Assembly (NCBI GenBank): GCA_045837725.1
Contig: JBEWZL010000123.1
Span: 248,001-312,000 of the forward strand
Direction: 5' to 3'
DNA length: 64,000 bases
From: Vermamoeba vermiformis
Lineage: Eukaryota
The notes under the pieces were generated by a model. It saw only the letters and a list, made by a program, of their open reading frames with translations, did no database searches and was not told the DNA's origin. The first letter of the stretch is position 1. Each line of letters starts with the position of its first letter. Shown piece by piece: positions 36,909-49,740 of the stretch. The position numbers were made by a program, and so were the translations under genes.

Positions 36909-39774
36909 ATGGCAACAAACGTTGTAGATCCTCAAACTTTATCTAACTTCAACGACGTTAGAGCTTTGCATTATTCACTTGAATTGACCGCTGACTTTGA
37001 TAAGAAGGTAAGTTAGAAAATTCTGGATCTTATTCAAAAGCCACAAAAAATATTATTTTAGGTTAATCGAAGTAAATTCGTTACAAATAAATTAAAATAA
37101 CCGCCGATTATGCTTAAATAATTTTATTTTATTTTATTTAAAATATCTACAATTTTTCTTGTCTAGATCTTGGTCGGCAGCGTTCACGTGAAGGCTAAAG
37201 TTCAAAAAGAAGCCAAAGAATTTGTTCTTGACTCCAAGGTTGTTGCCAAGAAGGCCTTGGTGAACGGTGCTGAAGCCAAAGTAAGTCTAATCCGATCGTG
37301 CCTTTTGGGGTTGTTTATTCAATGGTCCTATTGTAGTTTACTCTCGGAAATTCTCACCCCGTTTTTGGCGTCCCCATCCACGTTGCTTTGCCTGATGGTT
37401 TGACCGTTGGCACTGAAATCACCGTCACTGTCGAATACGAAACCACTGCCGACGCATCCGCTTTGCAATGGTTGTCTGCAAGGTACTTCAGCAAACGATT
37501 ATACCAATAATATAAATTAACTCACTGTTGAATAGCCAAACTGCTGGCAAGAAGCACCCTTACTTGTTCACTCAATGCCAAGCCATTCACGCACGCACCA
37601 TGTTGCCTTGCCAGGTCCGTATCTTACGCTAGTATATATTATCACCCATTGCTAATGGTAACAATTTATAGGACGCCCCTTCTGTCAAGTGTACCTATGA
37701 CGCTAAGATCACTGTGCCTGAGCCTCTCGTTGCCTTGATGAGGTGAAATCACGTGTTGACGAGGATTTGTAACGTGCTAATTTTGTTCTGTTAGCGCTCA
37801 ACGTGACGGTTCATCATCTGCTGGTGAAGGCAAGAAGGTCTATTTCTTCAAGCAACCCGTTGCCATTCCTGCCTATTTGATTGCTTTGGCTGTTGGTTTC
37901 CTCGAAAGCAAAGAGATTGGTCCTCGTAGCCGCATCTGGACTGAACCCGAAATGGTACTTCATTGTCGATCAATATCGATTATGAGGGTCCCTTATTAAC
38001 GTAATTGTTAGCTCGAAGCTGCCGCCTTCGAATTCTCCGAGACCGAGAAGTTCATTACTACTGCTGAGAGCCTTGTTGGTCCTTATGTTTGGGGCATTTA
38101 CGACTTGCTCATGTTGCCTCCTTCTTTCCCTTACGGGTACGCACTAATACTTTCCTTAATTAAACGTGGCTAATTAATATGTGATGCAGAGGTATGGAGA
38201 ATCCTTGCTTGACATTCGTCACTCCGACTTTGTTGGCTGGGGATCGTTCCAACGCTGACGTTGTTGCCCACGAAATTTCGCACTCATGGACTGGCAACCT
38301 TGTCACAAACGTGACTTGGGAGCATTTCTGGTACGTGTGACACAAGTGACTGTTGCAGAGCAGTGCTAACACACGTGCAGGTTGAACGAAGGTTTCACTA
38401 TGTTCCTCGAGCGCAAGATCCTTGGTAAGTCAAACAAATGGTACTAACACGTCGGTGGTAATAATAAGCGTGCTTACAGCTCGCATGCACGGTGAGAAAT
38501 ACTTCCACTTTGACGCGTTGTTGGGTCTCAACGGTGTGACTGACACCATCAACGAGTTTGGCGCTGAACACAACTTCACTGCGTTGGTGCCTAAGTACGT
38601 AACTTATTTATTGCAGGCCTTGTACCACATGTACTAACGAAATCCAAATAGTAGGTTGGAGAACGTGGATCCCGATGACGTGAGTTACTTCTATTTACTA
38701 TTAATGTAGTTGTCTAATCATATCGTATATTATAGTCTTTCAGCGACATTCCTTACGAGAAGGGTTTCAACTTTTTGTTCTATTTGCAAACTGTTGTTGG
38801 TGACATTGAACTCTTCGAGAAGTTCTTCCACGCTTGGGTTGACAAGGTAAGCATCCTGAAACTTAGCATAAATAAGCGCTTGTATTGATGTCATTATTAT
38901 TACAGTACAAGTTCAGCGTTGCAAGCTCTCAAGATTTCCACCAATTTTTCAACGACTACTTTGCCGGCAAAGTCGACGAGGCCAAGTTGAAGAGCATCGA
39001 CTGGAACGCTTGGTTGTACAAGCCTGGTAAGTTAAGGACAAACATACCTTTGAGTCAAAACCACTGCTTCTTTCGGATCCTAACGCGGGTTTTTTTTAGG
39101 TCACTTGCCTGTTCCTCCCAAGTACGACACTACCTTGAGCGAGGCCTCTACTAACTTGGCAAAGAAGTATGTAAAAATAATTGGTCGTAGATGTTTATTA
39201 ATAACGTCTTCTAGATGGTTCCAAGAGGGTGGAAACAAGGACGCATCCGCTGATGACTTGAAGGGTTGGTCCGCCAAGCAAATTGGTATGAATATAATGG
39301 TCTAATTATATACACAAGCAATTGCTAATATTTCGTAGTTTTCTTCTTGGAGTCTTTGATGCAATTGGGCGCCGTTCCGATCGCCACTTTGGAGAACATC
39401 GACAAAGTTTATAACGTAAGAGCTTACTATATATCATCAATATAGCTAATGCTTCGTTCAGATTTCTAGCTCTAAGAACGCTGAGATTCGCTTCAGATGG
39501 TACCAACTCGGCATCCGCGCCGAATGGGCCGCTATTGTTCCTTTAACCGTTCAATTCTTGGTTTCTCAAGGAAGAATGAAATACGTTCGTCCATTATACA
39601 GGTACGTTGTATTTAATATTATGCAGCAATTTTATTAATCTGATCCGCAATCGCAGAGAACTCGCCAAGAGCAAGGTTGGCCACGAATCCGCTGTTAATA
39701 CCTTCAAGGCCAACAGAGATATGTACCACGCCATTGCCCAAAAGATGATTGCTAAGGATGTCGGTTTGAACTAA
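36909..39774 (+). CDS. LTA4H: Leukotriene A4 hydrolase / M1 aminopeptidase, about 20 exons
   Basis: [41 protein letters not shown]; zinc motif [22 protein letters not shown]. Confidence 0.95.
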
Positions 39775-40104
39775 CTTGAAATCCTTTAAATTAAAATTCG
39801 TCGGCGGATGCCGGTACAAAATTCCAACTTAATCTAATTTTTCATATTAAGACTTTAACAACATGGTTTTGTGCTTTATAGCCTTTGATATTATTCGCGA
39901 TTCATTGCATTGGTTTTGAGCCTGCATTATTTTCGGGTACTGAAACGAAATTTCATGTGAATGCAAGCTAAAATTTATCAGCTCGTTACTTAACCAATAT
40001 TTTGCAGCGTTTCAGCACAGTACAATAGCTCATTATTAGGTTGATTGCGGAAGGCGAGATCCCGTCTGTATTGAAGATCCCAGAATAGCTCCGATTTTCA
40101 AAAG

Positions 40105-41609
40105 ATGGAGTGCTGCAGACGAGCAACGCCAGAGGACAAAGTAACTAAAAGTATAGACGACCAAATTAAAAGAGATCGAAAAGATGATTGCAAATCCGTT
40201 CTTCTGCTCGGTACGTGTTCGGATGGACAATTTCTGACTGAAAAATTGGCTTCGAATAATTAAATTTGGATTTTTAATTAATATTTATACGCTTCAGTAC
40301 TGATCTTTGAGTCTTTTCTATAGGCGAATCTTTTTGTACCCATGCTATTTTTAACAGCTACATTTTTATTATAATAGGCCCGGGAGAGTCAGGAAAATCA
40401 ACGTTATTCAAACAAATGAAAATTATTCAATTTTATGATGCCGGTTATACTGTGGAAGAGCTCAAATTATTTATTCCGATGATTCGGTGGAACGCAGTAA
40501 CGCAGATGCAGCAACTATTGAACGCGGGCCTACGACTCCAAATGTTAGCAGGAGCATTGGCCGTAAGTAAATTCGGGATAATTTAAATGAATTTTTTATA
40601 ATGGCAAGCCTAGGACCGAGCAAGAACTTTTACACAAATGAGCGACTCGAATTGGTCCCTGGATGTGGCGCAGTCAATCAAAGAATTTTGGTCCGATGCA
40701 TCTATTCAACGAGTATATGCGTTAAGAGACGCGGAGTTTCATTTGAACGAAACAGCTCATTAGTAAGTCTCTATACAATTTTTTGTACCGGATCGGATCC
40801 ACTAAATTTCTCTTCTCTTTGACAGCTTTTTTGAAAACGTTATTCGACTAGCAGAAGAAAATTATATTCCAACCGAGGCAGATATTTTGCGAGCCAGAAC
40901 TAGAACTACAGGCATTGAAGAGGCGAAATTCAGATTCGACGATATTACGCTAAGGTACGTACTGCTATAATATCTTGATTAGCGGGGAATGATACTAATA
41001 TGTTGATCGTACCTTTAGAGTGACAGATGTCGGTGGTCAGCGAGGTGAGAGGAGGAAGTGGATCCACTGCTTTACAGACGTGCATGCGATATTGTATGTC
41101 GCGGCATTGAGCGAGTACGATCAAGTGTTGTTAGAAGACAACAGTAAGAATAGGATGAAAGAGTCGTTAGAGCTATTCAGAAACGTAAGTAATGGATCCG
41201 TGAGTCCGAAGGTAACCTCTAACAACGATTATTTTGGAACCAGATCTGCGAGTCCCGGCAGCTAAGAAACGTGCCTATTATATTATTCTTAAATAAGGAA
41301 GATTTATTCGATAAAAAGATTCAGACTTCGCCGTTGAACAAAACTTTTCCGAATTATGAAGGTACATCCGCTAAAAACGCTTCTCCAAATTTTGTTATAT
41401 AATTTAACCATATTCTATCAGGTGGCAATGATGCCAAAAAAGGAAAAGAATATATTTTGGCGCGATATTTGGAGCTACTATCAATACGACAATCAAAAGA
41501 ATATTTCTACCATTTCACGTGCGCTATTGACACGAGCAACATTAAGAAGATCTTTGAAAATGTTAAAGGCATATTGTTGAATAAGACTATTGATGAGATA
41601 GGCCTGTAA
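40105..41609 (+). CDS. Heterotrimeric G-protein alpha subunit, multi-exon
   Basis: [44 protein letters not shown]; begins MECC. Confidence 0.93.
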
Positions 41610-41713
41610 CACCTACTTATTTTTGTCTATTTTTTTGCTTTGTAAAATAAAAAAGTTTGTTTGAATTAGATCCGCAGCACGCGAACACAAACAGTTGTAT
41701 TTAATACCTAATT

Positions 41714-42087
41714 ATGTCTGTATTTACAAAGAGAGGTCCTGTAGCGTTTATGGTCCTTGGCGCAATAGTTTTTGGAACGATCGGCTATAAATGGCAACTT
41801 TCGATTGAGGAAAAATTAGCAGTACGTGCTATAATTTAATTTTGTGTCAGTAATGCATATTACGACAAAATTCGGCTTAAACAATTTATTCTAAATTTTT
41901 AAAATAATTATTTTGATCCGATCTGATTATTTTCGAGCAGCAAAGAACGAAGCAAAGATATCTGAGAATAGCAGAGGAAATTGAACAGGAAGAACGACAA
42001 AAATTAGGTATTACTGAGTCAACCCAAAAAGTAGCGACCGAAGAAGTACTTGACACTGTTGATAAAAAATTAACGGGAAGAAACTAA
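41714..42087 (+). CDS. Small single-TM + coiled-coil protein (about 85 aa, 2 exons), PET117-like candidate; absent from the ORF track
   Basis: MSVFTKRGPVAFMVLGAIVFGTIGYKWQLSIEEKLA|QRTKQRYLRIAEEIEQEERQKLG; clean GT-AG intron 41822-41940. Confidence 0.65.
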
Positions 42088-42212
42088 CAATGTACTACTG
42101 GTGTAAATAAATATGTTAATAGTCGTATTCAAACTAACAATTGTTAGAAGAAGTAGGATCTGAGACTTCAGCGAGAGCGAAGGCCGCATGAAAAAAACTA
42201 ACGTACATTTAT

Positions 42213-43712
42213 TTAAAGGAGCATAATACAAGCGGAAACAAAAGCAATTCCAGGAATCAAAAGTTGAACGGATCCGCTAGTCTCAGCTTTCTTGAAGAAC
42301 GAAGAGCTGTCGATGACTTCATTAGCTTGCGCTTGAAGAGCACCGAAATCGAGCGAAGGGTTAGTAGCATCATCTGAGATAATAACGGTGAAGGTATCGC
42401 CATTCTTGGTCACAGTAATGAAGACTGGATCTATTCCAAGTTTGTTCGAGATAAACGTCTTGATGTCCGATTCTGAGAGGGCAAGTCTGGTAACAGTAAT
42501 TTCGATTTGGATTTCTAATCGTTCATTTGCAGGTACTTCTTCAGAGCAATCAGGGCCTCGCCAGAAGCCAGGAGAACAAACGGTTTTGTCGTTCCGGTCG
42601 CATCTCGTTCTTTCAGTGTCGCGGCAAGTTGGGCAGTAAGGACAGCATGTTCCATCGCGTTTAATCATGAAGTCTTCATCTTCAGCAGCCGGACAGTCGC
42701 CAGTGAATTGAGGGCACGAGATTTTGTCGCAGTAATCCTCGCTGCGGCAGATCTCGCAGCACTCGCCGTCAACACGTACGGCAATTTCACCATTAGTGCA
42801 GTTGAGCTTCGGGCAGGACTCGACCTCTTCGCAAGGATCGGGTACTGCGCACTTAGGGCAACAGCTGTTTTCAGAGTAGAGAATGCCTTCAGTGCACTCG
42901 AGCGCGGGACATTGGATCAGGCTGCAGTCAAGTTTGGCCACGCATACAGGACAACATCCGATGGTCACTTCACGTTCACCGTCACTGCAGTCAACTCGGG
43001 GGCATTCAATTTCGCAAGTAGCTTTGGGTACGCACACGGGACAGCAGTCGAGTTCAGTGCTCACGTCGATTTCTTCAGGGCCGCACTCTGATCGGAATTA
43101 TTCAGAATTGAACAACGAGTTATCCAATCTATGCTTCCTACCTGTTACTTTGCAGGGCTCGTATCGGTAGCATGCGGGAAGACAGGTTGGGCAACACAAG
43201 CCGGTCGGAATCATAGTTCGCTCGGGATCTTCGCAGGTAAGATTAACACAAACTGTATCCGTGCAGTCCATGGGTTCTATGCACATAATTAATATTGTAA
43301 GTAATTAAGACTATGCCTATTTACCTCTACAGTCGCACTTCAAGCAGCCGGTTTCCTCATCCACGGCGTAACCGTACGAACAATAAGAGTAACAGTCGCT
43401 GAGCGAGGGGCAATTATCTGCTATATTATTAGACTATTTAGATAACATTGTATGACGTACTAGTCGGGTCCTCATCCAGACAAACTTTGGCTCCTGCTTC
43501 ATTGATGAAGACGCGGTTGCATTGGCCGAGATGAATGCACTTCGAGTAGGTGCAATTAGAAGGTAAGTTGCGACTGCAAGGGTCAAATGGGCAGTCAGCA
43601 TCTATAATAATATTAATACGAGTGTATTTAGAACTAAAGGTTGGATCTTGCCTTGAGCGAAAACAGCGTTAAGGGTCAGGAACAATCCGAATAGCAATAC
43701 TAACTTCATCAT
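42213..43712 (-). CDS. Secreted cysteine-rich surface protein (VWC-like CCPxC repeats) with probable GPI/TM C-terminus
   Basis: Signal peptide MMKLVLLFGLFLTLNAVFA; repeated C-x4-C...CCPxC; EGF-like CSPGFWRGPDC; hydrophobic tail after SGS. Confidence 0.85.
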
Positions 43713-44127
43713 GCTGGTAGATTTGTGGTTGACGATAAGAGAGGTAATTGATCGAATAGTTTTTTCGAAAGGCTATTTATTTCTGCCTAGACAAGCCGAA
43801 AAAGGCAATAGAATTTTTTTGTCGCATGACGATGTACCAGATCTCACTCGTAAGTCGCCTTTAACTGCCTACCAAAATGCATATTGGCACACTATTATTA
43901 AGGCGTTGTAGTTTAAGATGACACTGGCTTTTCTTTATTTTACCTGCGGAGATCTGATCCCGAGACTTTGCCGGCAGTTTATTACTAAAATGTAACTAAT
44001 GCGACAATTCCTAGGAAGTTTACTGACTTATGCAATTACATTGTAGTTGCAAGTCGCGCGAGTACTTAGGACAAACTTATTTCCTCTCCAGAAAAATTCT
44101 CAGGTCAACAAGACTACAAGAAGTCGA

Positions 44128-45030
44128 ATGAATCATAATTTATTCTCAAACGAAGCTCTGTGCAGCGTTACAACAGCTGATAGCAATCGCATGCTACGGA
44201 CAAAGACCAACAAGTGCGAAATGGATGCGAATGTTGAGTTTAGCATTTTAAATGCTCTTTGCGAATTAGATGGCGCACTATTATACTCTATTCTCGGTTA
44301 CGTTGACGTAGGATCACTTATGGCGTTAACCAAGGTAAGTGGATCTGCACAAAGATTAAAATTTGAATATTTAAATTATTTAAAGAAATCGCAAACCGAT
44401 TGGCAAAATTATACGATACCTATTAATATTATTATTATTCAGGTTTCAAAATTTTATTCGGATTTCTGCAACGACCCGCACATGTGGAAAGCTAATTTTA
44501 AAAAGAGACTGGAGCTGGCCTCAACCAAAACGAGGCAAAGGCGCGAAGAAAAAACAAGAAAAAATATCAGAAAAAACAGTCAAAGAGCTGAAAAAGATTT
44601 ACCTCGATAAGCTGCAGGCCCAGGTTTTTGTACGAAATGAAATTGCCGCATTTTTGAAAAAGTACTTGATAAGCAAAACTTGCGATGGAGAATATAGATA
44701 TGCTAAAGGATGTTCCCATTCAAGCGCTGAGTAAGTTTCAAAAAGATCCAGATCCAAAAATTTCAAAAATATTAATTATTTTTTATTAGGTTTATGTACC
44801 ACTCAAAATTTACGACGCAAGTAACGTACTTTTATTGTGCTAATTGTACTATAAAAGTACCGTTCCGATCTGGCTGGGCAATTGAAACTTTACGAGATAA
44901 ATTGACAGCAGCTCGTCTACCAGGCCCAGTAGTCTTCAAAATGAAGAATTTATTTGATATGGCTAGCATGACTATTGAAGAACCATCCGAAGAGGATGAA
45001 GAGGACGAAAATGACGAAATTGAAGATTGA
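44128..45030 (+). CDS. F-box protein with acidic tail (start uncertain; one apparent frameshift in A-runs near 44560)
   Basis: LCELDGALLYSILGYVDVGSLMALTK|VSKFYSDFCNDPHMWK is an F-box; the downstream frame resumes at ELKKIYLDKLQAQ. Confidence 0.65.
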
Positions 45031-45408
45031 CGAAAATCCGTGCGATAGGACAGCAATTTGTTGCTTATTGGATTAAAGTTGTGTTAAACCTGTTAACACA
45101 CTACTTATGTGGGTTGAATTTTAAACTTTTGAGTCGCATCTGTTTGGTTTGCAATCTTCGCGGTCAAATTTTTTTGTTTTCGCTGCGAAGAGTGAACAAC
45201 TAACAAGGTGCGTTCCAATATTATATTGATAAATATTCGCTTTCACTATTATATTGCCTCTCGGATTCCACACAATGGTAAGGCGTGGTCATTTAATTGA
45301 ATTAATCTTCAGAGCTTTTTATGTGGTATTATTACTCCACTTATTACTAAAAATCTAACCAAATCAATATCACGATAATATTCAAGTACGAGTTGAATTT
45401 AATTTATA

Positions 45409-47149
45409 ATGCAGGAGAATCTTCCAGTCGAAATATTGCAACATATTTCGTTGTTTATGGACGACAGAACACGCAGATTTATGCGCCTCGCAAGCACAAA
45501 ATGGTTCAAAATAATTAATTATAACAATTTCACATGTTATTTTGTAAAATCTCTACAAAGCCTGAAGGAACTGAGCGCGAGATTATCAAAATATCAAAAT
45601 CAAAATATTTGCCTTGACGCTATTGAAGAGCTCACCAATCGACGAAACGCAATTAATCGATAACATCAGTATATTAACAAATCTGGTATCGCTCTCGCTT
45701 GACTCATATTTTTACGTTTCCCGCCACCGAGATCAATGGATCAAGCTGACATCCTTGACGAAGCTCAACTACCTCGATATCAAGGTTGAATATCCTATTG
45801 AATTAGCAAAAAGATTAACACAACTAACGAGCCCGAAGTTTGATCGTTTCAATCTGTCCTTTGTAGATGTAGCTGAAGTTTTAGCGCTCAACTCGAACAT
45901 ACAATCATTAGAAATAGCCACTAGATCTAGCAATCAAATCGATGTATTTGCATCGATAGCTAATCCAAGCATATTAACTAAGCTCAAAGTGGATTATTCA
46001 AGAACTCACTGGATCGAGCCAAATAACGAGTTCAGCATGTCAAAATTGATCAATTTGAAATGGTTAGAATATTATGAGTATCGCAATATAGAGAGATGTT
46101 TTCCAATTGGTAGTCTGACTTCATTAGAGTATCTCTCATTGACAGTAGATCAACATCTGTCCGAACAGTTCGACCAAAACACCAATCTTACGGGTTTGGA
46201 AATTACCAGCAAATACGCCACAGCGCAGTATCTCGAAAATATCTCCAAATTAACCAAACTCCAAAAATTATCGCTTAAAACACCACGCAACAGCTCCGCT
46301 TACAAATTTTTGACGGCATTGACAGTACTATCAGATTTCACTCTATGGTACTTTGCTCAAGATATTCACGAAACATTAAGTCTTATTAATACCGCACAAT
46401 TAACGCGCCTGTCGGTAACCTTCGCGCCAACCACTTCTACATGCGATCCGATCTGTCGCTTTACCAGCTTGCAAGAATTAATACTCCGAACTGATGCTAT
46501 TATCAATATTAACTACAGTTCTATAAGTACATTAACGAATTTAACAACGTTATACCTGCTATTGGAGGCTAATAACATCGACTGTTTACTACATCTGAAA
46601 AAGTTAAAACACTTGGTGATTGATTCAACAGACAATCAGCTATTGAATGGAGTCGATTTTAGATCATTACCCGATTTAGAAATGCTTGAAGGTCCTTTGT
46701 TGGACAGTAACACGTTCAACTCACTTGTGTCCGCGACCAACTTGACGAGTCTCAAGATCCATTTGTCGGATGAAATCAAGACTTACAACTATAGTATACT
46801 CACAAGACTGCCATTGCGAGAGTTTATCAATAACGCAAAGACTAATAACGATGATACATTGTGGCGAGCATTAGGTCAAATCACCACCCTTGAAGCGATC
46901 TCCCAACAAAGTCTCGATAGCGATGAAAAGATGCTGTACTTGACTAAATTGTCGCGTTTGACTAGCCTGAAGATTTTTCACTCGGAGAATATGACTGGAA
47001 AGCATTTGACAGCATTGACATCGATTCAAGTTCTCACGTTCAAATCGGCCAGATCCATCTTCAGCAGCCATAACGATCCCTATAAAATGCGCATTGAACT
47101 GGATAATTTAGAGATACACTTGCCTTATTTGTATAGTAAACAGTTGTAG
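45409..47149 (+). CDS. F-box + leucine-rich repeat protein, intronless (one apparent frameshift near 45610)
   Basis: MQENLPVEILQHISLFM..RLASTKW is an F-box; many LxxLTxLxxLxL repeats follow. Confidence 0.8.
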
Positions 47150-47218
47150 GGATAAAAATTCTTGCGGGCAAATTTTCTGCGATCGTGTCTCGTTTGGTTT
47201 AGTTTTGTACAATTAATA

Positions 47219-49646
47219 ATGAAGACCATAACGCTTGTGCTTGTTGCGTTGATTGCAATCAATGCAGTCCTCGCTGCAACAACCGTTAATAAGATCAAGT
47301 CAATGCCTGGGTTGGTAAGTGACCAAGATCGCGAGTAAAACTATAAGTGCAATAGAAATTAATTATTCTCCCAATATGGAGCAATTAGTTGATAAAATTC
47401 CAACCTCGCCAACCGCTAGATTTTTTATTTTAATTTTCGAGTTCAGAAAATCTGTAATAAAATTGCCAAGCATTTTACAGGCAACTAATGCGATGGTATT
47501 CAACATTTCTACATTAAACAATTATTTGTTGGACGCGACACAGAAATTTTCGATCTACTTTTCGGCTGCAGATTCCATTGCTTACGTTCCATTTGATAGC
47601 GGTCCAATCCGTTCACTATGTACTCAGGCTTCGTGCAAATCAATAGTGGCAAAAACCTCTTCTATTGGTTCGTGGAATCGCTGAACAACCCATCGACGGA
47701 TCCAGTGGTTTTATGGCTTAACGGAGGTACTATACCACTTTTAAATATAGCCAATTGTACCAAATATAATATACGACTGGCAACGACAGTTGATTAATAT
47801 ACTTTTTAAGGACCTGGTTGCTCTAGTCTCGGAGGATTTTTGGCTGTAAGTCACTGCCTCACAAAGAAATTACTCTTCAAAATCCTTTATCATTTTTGCC
47901 TAATAATATGATATTATAGGAACATGGCCCCTTCGCGCCTGATCAAAACGGAAATTTGGTTCTGAATCCTTACACGTACGAGATCCGCAATTAGTTTTGG
48001 TAGATTTGCTAACAGTTTTTTAGGTGGGCTCGTGTAGCGAACATTCTTTATTTAGAATCACCTGCTGGGTTAGTACTATAATACTAATACAATAATAGCG
48101 TTGAGTTATCTTATCGTGTCCTTTAGCGTTGGTTTCTCCAACTGGATCGGCGAAGAAAGATTCACCGATTTGATCACCGCGCAAGACAATCACGAATTCA
48201 TTACTAAGTGGTTCCAATTGTTCCCTCAATTCGCTCAGGTACCTATAATATTCCATTGAATGGATCCGAATCCCGATCTCACCCTCAATTTCTCAGAATG
48301 ACTTCTATATTTCTGGAGAATCATATGCAGGTTAGTACTGCGACTTCAGTTACATACATATTAGTATATTGAATGCTCGTATAGGACACTACATCCCAAC
48401 TCTCGTGAATCAGATCTACAACGCGACTAGCACTCAACCAAATGTGGCTCCTCAATCCAACTTCAAAGGATTCTTAGTAGGCAATCCTTCGACTAAAGTA
48501 AGCTATCAAAATAATATAATATAATATTTAAACTAGAATAACAAACAATTCGGTACGTCAAAAAAAAATGTGCTAACTTTTTATATCATTTCTAGTTGGG
48601 CTACGATAAGGCTGAGTCCTTAATCCTTTACTAGTAAGTAACAATAAGAGTATTGTATATGCACAACATTGCTAATATTTGTTTTTCAGCCAAACTCACG
48701 GCATGATCCCGATGAGCGCTCAGTACACTCCGACCGGAAACTTCGATGTGAGTGACTTAATTTAGCCAAACTAATTGTTCTAATATTTACTTGCCTAGCC
48801 TTATGATATTTTGAGTGATGTTTGCGAAGCTACTGCGTTGATGAACTACATCCGTTTCCCGAACCACATGAACGTGCTCGACTCTAAACGAGTTCGAAAT
48901 GTCCCTAATAGACCTGAATGCATTGAAACCTATGTGCATACCTATCTTAACGTACGTACACAGTATTAAATATTGAATCATTTTCGAAGAAAAATTTAGT
49001 TTGCGCGGGGTCATGTTTCAGACATTGAGTACGCTATACTAATTATTATATTATGCCTTCAGAGAGCTGATGTGCAAGTAGCCCTCGGCATCATCTCTTC
49101 TGATGCGGGTAATGCTACTTATCCTTGGAACCAATGCAATGAAATTAACTACTTATACGGTCCTGAGCCGATGATGCCGCTCTACATTACCTTTATGAAC
49201 AACACTAACTACAAGATCCTCGTATTCTCTGGTACGTATTAGCATATTATTAATCAAATAGAGGTTTAAAACAGTTAGTGATATTTAGTTTTCGAATTTT
49301 TTTCAACCACTGACGAAGATACTTTTCATGACAGGTGACCAAGACACAGTGATCAATTTCATCGGTACTGAGCAGTGGATCTATAATACTGGCCGTCCTA
49401 TTGTCGATGATTGGGCTCCTTGGTATTATTCACGTGATGGCTCCGAGAACAATCGTCAGTTAGGTGGCTGGATCGTCCGATTTGACCGCATCACTTTTAT
49501 GACGGTTAAAGGCGCTGGTCACATGGTACGATATCATAGCGTCATATTATAAGCATTATTAACCTCATATTTAATAATTTTAGGTTCCTTGGTCCCAACC
49601 TGCTCCCGCTTTAGAAATGTTCCGAAATTTCTTGTTCAAGTTCTAA
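47219..49646 (+). CDS. Serine carboxypeptidase (S10), secreted/lysosomal, many short exons
   Basis: Signal peptide; WLNGGPGCSS, GESYAGHY (Ser), SGDQD (Asp), VKGAGHMVP (His). Confidence 0.93.
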
Positions 49647-49740
49647 ATTATTTATTATAAACAGCTGTTTAAGGCTTAGAAAACATTGATTATATAATTT
49701 CATCATATATGATATTAGATTAGTAATTTAGACCGATTTT

